Source: Candidatus Woesearchaeota archaeon (GTDB lineage Archaea > Nanobdellota > Nanobdellia > Pacearchaeales > GW2011-AR1). From it: 22,250 bases of DNA. The stretch spans positions 1 through 22,250 of the forward strand of contig CAYUEW010000010.1 of NCBI GenBank assembly GCA_964444095.1, written 5' to 3'. Shown here in pieces: positions 18,161 to 22,250 of this stretch. The notes beneath the pieces were generated by a model. The model saw only the letters and a program-made list of their open reading frames with translations, ran no database searches and had not been told where the DNA came from. The position numbers were made by a program, and so were the translations under genes. Position 1 is the first letter of the stretch. Every line of letters starts with the position of its first letter.

Positions 18161-21100
18161 AAACAAATAATCATCTTGTCGTAAAAAAGTATCTTAGAGA
18201 ACACTCTTTAGTTGAATCAAACTTAACATCATTTAATGATTTTATTGAATATAGGATGCAGGAAATTGTGGATGAAATTTCTTCAAACATTGACAATGAA
18301 GATTTTGAAATAAAATTAGGAAAGATTAAAGTTGAACGTCCAAAGATTATCGAAGCAGATGGTAGTTCTTCTTTGGTTCTCCCATATGAATCAAGAATTA
18401 GAAAATTAACTTATGCAGCTCCAATTACTCTCGAAATAACTGTAAGAAAAGGAGACCAAGTTGATTCTGAAACTGTAGAAATTGGAAAAATTCCAATTAT
18501 GGTAAAAAGTAATGTTTGCAATATTCACGGAATGTCAAAAGACGAACTCGTTAAAAATTATTCAGACCCATTAGATCCTGGAGGATATTTTATTATTAAC
18601 GGAAATGAAAGAGTAATGATTATGGCTGAAGACCTTGCTGAAAATCAGCCGTTCATTGAAACAGATTCTAAAGGTGTTTTGACTCTTCGATTATTTTCTT
18701 TGAGAGGGACATATAGAATTCCAATAAGAGTTACAGAAAATAAAGAAGGAATCTTTGAAGTTTCTTTTAGTCGATTCAGAGATTTGCCTGCAATCGTTAT
18801 CCTTAAAGCATTAGGGCTGACAAAAGAATCTGACATCGCGAAATATTTAGAAAAAGAAGAAGACAGTGTAATTGTTAATCTTTATGAATTTGCAGAATTA
18901 GCAACAAAGGAAGACGCAATGATGTACATTGCTGAGAAGACTAATTTGCAAGGTACGAAAAAAGAAATTCTTGATAGAGTAAAGCAAAGAATTGATTCTT
19001 ATTTGTTCCCACATATTGGACAAAAGAAAGAAGACAGAATGCGAAAGGCAATTACTCTTTGTAAATTAATAAAACAATTTTTGATTGCTAAGGATAATCC
19101 TACATTAAGAACAGACAAAGATCATTATGCTAACAAAAGAGTTAGACTTTCTGGGGATTTACTTGCAACATTATTTAGAGTGAATTTAGGAATTCTTATT
19201 CGAGACATTCAATATTCTTTACAAAAATCTTCTAAACGGAAGAAGTTTTTTTCTATAAAAATTATTGCTAAATCAACTTTATTTTCTCACAGAGTTGAAT
19301 CTGCAATTGCTACAGGAAGTTGGACTGGTGAGCGAAGCGGTGTAACTCAAAATATGGATAGAACAAATTATCTTACTCTTACTTCTCAATTGCAAAGAGT
19401 TTCAAGTATGTTGGCTTCTGACCAAGAAAACTTTATGGCGCGAACATTGCATCCGACTAATTATGGAAGGTTCTGTCCAATTGAAACCCCAGAAGGAACA
19501 GAAATTGGATTGAGAAAAAATCTTGCTATTTTGAGCAAAGTTTCAACAAGGGTGAATTTGGATAAAGAAAAATTTCTTAAGGAATTGGAATCAGTTGGTT
19601 TAGAAAAAGAAGGGGTTGGGGGAAGTGATGTTTTCTTTAATGGAATGTTTGTTGGAAGCGTCGCAAATGTCGGAGAATTTGTTAAAAATATTAGAGAAAG
19701 AAGGAGAGATTCTTCTTTGCCAGTTCAATTAAACGTTAGGGACAATTTTTATTTTAATATTGTTTCAATTTCAACAGAGCCGGGCAGAGTTTTGAGGCCA
19801 TTAATAATTCTTGAGAATGGTTCTTCTAAATTAAAGAATGAACATTTGATTCAATTAGAGCAAGGAGAACTTAGCTGGGATGACTTGGTGAAAAAAGGAA
19901 TTATTGAATACCTCGACGCTGCTGAAGAAGAAAATGCCCTTGTTGCACTTTATGAAGAAGAAATAACTCCCAAACACACACATCTTGAAATAGATAGTAT
20001 TGATTTATTTGGAGTTGTTACAAGCTTGGTTCCATATGGAAATCACGATCAGAGTTCAAGATTAAACAGAGGAAGTAAAACTCAAAAGCAGGCATTAGGA
20101 TTATACGCTGCGAATTATTTGTGCCGACTTGATACAGATGTAAGTGTTTTACAATATCCGCAAAAACCAATTGTTAGAAGTTTTGTTTATGATATTTTCA
20201 ATACTTATCCTGCTGGACAGAATTTAATGGTAGCGATTATGACTTACGAAGGATACAATATGGAAGACGCACTTATTCTTAACAAGGGAAGTTTAGACAG
20301 GGGTGTGGGAAGAAGCTTTTACTTTAGACCTTATTCTGCAGTTGAAATGAATTATGCTGGAGGATTAAAAGATGAAATTGCTATTCCAGAAAAAGATGTT
20401 TCAGGTTATAAAACTGAAATAAGTTATCATCTTTTAGAAAATGACGGGATTGTTTATCCAGAAGCGTCGGTTAAAGAAGGAGAAGTTCTTATTGGAAAAA
20501 TGTCTCCTCCAAAGTTCTTGTCAGAAGCTAGGGAAATTTCTGTAAAGACAAAAAAAGAATCAAGTGTTACAATGAGGCAAGAAGAAAGTGGAATTGTTGA
20601 TGCTGTTTTTGTTTCAGAAGATGCAGAAGGGAATAAAATTATTCAGATTAAAACAAGAAATCAAAGAATTCCAGAATTGGGGGATAAATTTGCTACCTCT
20701 CATGGACAGAAAGGAGTTGTAGGAATGATTGTTCCTGAAACTGACATCCCATTCACATCTAAGGGAATTAGACCAGATGTTATTTTCAATCCACACGGAC
20801 TTCCGAGCAGAATGACTGTAGGTTATTTGTTAGAATTATTAGCTGGGAAAGTGGGCTGTTTGAAAGGAGAAATTATGGATGGTACTTCTTTCTCTGGAGT
20901 TGGAAAAGAAAAACTTGAAGATGAACTTACTAGATTGGGCTTCAGATACGACGGTAAAGAAACTATGTACAATGGAATTACTGGACAGAGAATGGCTGCA
21001 AAAATCTTTATTGGAAACTTGTATTATTTGAAACTAAAATATATGGTTGGGAACAAGATACATGGAAGAGCTTCTGGAAAAGTTGCTTTACTTACAAGAC

Positions 21101-21411
21101 AACCAACAGAAGGGCGGTCTCGTGGTGGAGCATTAAGACTTGGAGAAATGGAACAACAAGCATTAGTAGCACATGGTTCATCTTTACTTTTGAAAGAAAG
21201 ATACAGTTCTGATAAAGTAGTATTGCCAATTTGTACTAACTGTGGAAGTATTGGAATTGATGATAATATTAGAAATAAAGTAATTTGTCCTATTTGTAAT
21301 AGTGAAGATGTTGAACCAGTAGAAGTTTCATATGCATTCAAACTTTTAGTGGAAGAACTTCAAGGATTACACTTACACACACACTTTAAATTAAAAAATA
21401 AATATGAATAA
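18157..21411 (+). CDS. rpoB: DNA-directed RNA polymerase subunit B (Rpo2), unsplit
   Basis: 1084 aa with canonical blocks: GGYFIINGNERV, TLHPTNYGRFCPIETPEG, LVPYGNHDQSSR, YEGYNMEDA, GDKFATSHGQKG, IFNPHGLPSRMTVG, RLGEMEQQALVAHG, and the C-terminal zinc ribbon CTNCGS...CPICNS. It is a single ORF, not split into B'' and B'. Confidence 0.97.
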   Translation: MKTNNHLVVKKYLREHSLVESNLTSFNDFIEYRMQEIVDEISSNIDNEDFEIKLGKIKVERPKIIEADGSSSLVLPYESRIRKLTYAAPITLEITVRKGDQVDSETVEIGKIPIMVKSNVCNIHGMSKDELVKNYSDPLDPGGYFIINGNERVMIMAEDLAENQPFIETDSKGVLTLRLFSLRGTYRIPIRVTENKEGIFEVSFSRFRDLPAIVILKALGLTKESDIAKYLEKEEDSVIVNLYEFAELATKEDAMMYIAEKTNLQGTKKEILDRVKQRIDSYLFPHIGQKKEDRMRKAITLCKLIKQFLIAKDNPTLRTDKDHYANKRVRLSGDLLATLFRVNLGILIRDIQYSLQKSSKRKKFFSIKIIAKSTLFSHRVESAIATGSWTGERSGVTQNMDRTNYLTLTSQLQRVSSMLASDQENFMARTLHPTNYGRFCPIETPEGTEIGLRKNLAILSKVSTRVNLDKEKFLKELESVGLEKEGVGGSDVFFNGMFVGSVANVGEFVKNIRERRRDSSLPVQLNVRDNFYFNIVSISTEPGRVLRPLIILENGSSKLKNEHLIQLEQGELSWDDLVKKGIIEYLDAAEEENALVALYEEEITPKHTHLEIDSIDLFGVVTSLVPYGNHDQSSRLNRGSKTQKQALGLYAANYLCRLDTDVSVLQYPQKPIVRSFVYDIFNTYPAGQNLMVAIMTYEGYNMEDALILNKGSLDRGVGRSFYFRPYSAVEMNYAGGLKDEIAIPEKDVSGYKTEISYHLLENDGIVYPEASVKEGEVLIGKMSPPKFLSEAREISVKTKKESSVTMRQEESGIVDAVFVSEDAEGNKIIQIKTRNQRIPELGDKFATSHGQKGVVGMIVPETDIPFTSKGIRPDVIFNPHGLPSRMTVGYLLELLAGKVGCLKGEIMDGTSFSGVGKEKLEDELTRLGFRYDGKETMYNGITGQRMAAKIFIGNLYYLKLKYMVGNKIHGRASGKVALLTRQPTEGRSRGGALRLGEMEQQALVAHGSSLLLKERYSSDKVVLPICTNCGSIGIDDNIRNKVICPICNSEDVEPVEVSYAFKLLVEELQGLHLHTHFKLKNKYE

Positions 21412-22250
21412 TGGAACCAATAAGAAAACAAATTAGTGAAATAAGTTTCTCATTAGTTAATCCAGAAACTATCAAAAAACTTTCAGTAGCAAAAATAATC
21501 ACACCTGAACTTTACAATATTGATGGTTATCCAGTTGATGGGGGATTAATGGATTTAAGATTGGGTGCAATTGACCCAGGAGTAAGATGTAGAACTTGTG
21601 GTGGAAGAATCAAAGAATGTTTAGGACATTCGGGAAGCATAGACCTCGCAAGACCGGTTGTTCATTTAAAATATGTTCCTTTAATCGAACTTGGATTAAG
21701 ATGTTTTTGTAAGGGTTGTGGAAAGTTAATGCTTGCAGATAAATCTTTAGAAAAATATTCTCCAAGTGAAAGAGCGAAAAAAGCTAAAGATTCTAAAAAA
21801 TGTCCTCATTGTGGTATTGAAAACGAAAGAGTTAAATTGGACAAGCCTACGAGTTTTTACGTCGGTAAAAAAAGACTTTTCCCAACAGAAGTGAGAGAAA
21901 TTCTTACAAGCATTCCTGATGATGAATTAAGAAAAATAGGAGTGAACCCTGCAACTTGTAGACCAGAATGGGCAATCTTAACTATGCTTTTAGTTCCTCC
22001 TGTAACTGTGAGACCAAGTATTATTCTTGAAAATGGTGAAAGAAGTGAAGATGACTTAACACATAAACTTTCAGATATAATTCGGGCGAATCAAAGGCTT
22101 TGGGAAAATTTGAACGCTGGAGCACCGGAAGTTATCATAGAAGATTTGTGGGATTTATTACAATTTCACATCACGACATTTTTTGATAATACAGTTGCAA
22201 GAATACCTCCTGCTCGACATAGAAGTGGACAACCTTTGAAAACAATCACA
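21411..22250 (+). CDS. rpoA1: DNA-directed RNA polymerase subunit A' (Rpo1N), N-terminal 280 codons; continues beyond the window
   Basis: This ORF is not in the supplied track because it has no stop in the window. I translated it by hand from ATG 21411, which overlaps the rpoB TAA by 1 nt. MEPIRKQISEISFSLVNPETIKKLSVAKI...GLMDLRLGAIDPGVRCRTCGGRIKECLGHSGSIDLARPVVH...CRPEWAILTMLLVPPVTVRPS...EDDLTHKLSDIIRANQRL are classic A' zinc-site and clamp motifs. Confidence 0.95.
   Translation, partial: MEPIRKQISEISFSLVNPETIKKLSVAKIITPELYNIDGYPVDGGLMDLRLGAIDPGVRCRTCGGRIKECLGHSGSIDLARPVVHLKYVPLIELGLRCFCKGCGKLMLADKSLEKYSPSERAKKAKDSKKCPHCGIENERVKLDKPTSFYVGKKRLFPTEVREILTSIPDDELRKIGVNPATCRPEWAILTMLLVPPVTVRPSIILENGERSEDDLTHKLSDIIRANQRLWENLNAGAPEVIIEDLWDLLQFHITTFFDNTVARIPPARHRSGQPLKTIT

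Noticed and set aside
18645-21341. Three antisense ORFs (60-105 aa) inside rpoB
   Set aside because: They are antisense to a universally conserved gene and have no motifs.
1-22250. Search for CRISPR arrays, rRNA genes, IS elements/transposases, integrases and prophage genes
   Set aside because: I found no regularly spaced repeats, GC-rich rRNA-like stretches, DDE or tyrosine-recombinase-like ORFs, or terminal inverted repeats flanking any block.

Overview
The window is visibly AT-rich, very gene-dense and archaeal. Supporting features are RNAP subunits Rpo7/E', Spt4, RpoH, an unsplit RpoB and RpoA', plus r-proteins S24e and S27ae. TATA-like boxes sit about 25 nt upstream of several start codons, which suggests leaderless mRNAs. 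There are many 4-nt ATGA gene overlaps and Lys-rich protein tails. By inference this fits a small-genome, DPANN-like archaeon. Layout, left to right: (1) an accessory block with a type I R-M hsdM (partial) and hsdS, then an orphan 379-aa ORF carrying a HEPN-type RNxxAH motif in the slot that prrC occupies in the E. coli prr locus; (2) a DEAD-box helicase with an Arg-rich tail and a Cys-rich membrane protein; (3) the conserved archaeal cluster PIN(Fcf1-like)-rpoE'-spt4-S24e-S27ae on the minus strand; (4) an enlarged UPF0175-like/PIN-like (COG2886/COG2405-type) toxin-antitoxin-like pair; (5) tRNA-Trp; (6) a translationally coupled ArsR-cysteine desulfurase-DUF1858-IscU-PP-loop tRNA thiolase operon, preceded by a perfect 10+2+10 palindrome over its start codon; (7) a deoxynucleotide supply cluster nrdR-nrdJ-(tandem ThyX-like)-dut-trx with an NrdR-box-like palindrome; (8) an orphan ORF; (9) tRNA-Lys preceded by a 72-nt element that repeats the tRNA's own 5' end and folds into three hairpins; (10) rpoH-rpoB-rpoA'. 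No CRISPR array, rRNA, transposase or integrase was seen. The most interesting items are the R-M-linked HEPN-motif ORF, the duplicated ThyX-like protein whose two halves keep complementary parts of the signature motif, the tRNA-Lys leader duplication and the enlarged PIN pair. All functional calls come from reading motifs by eye. No database search was run.
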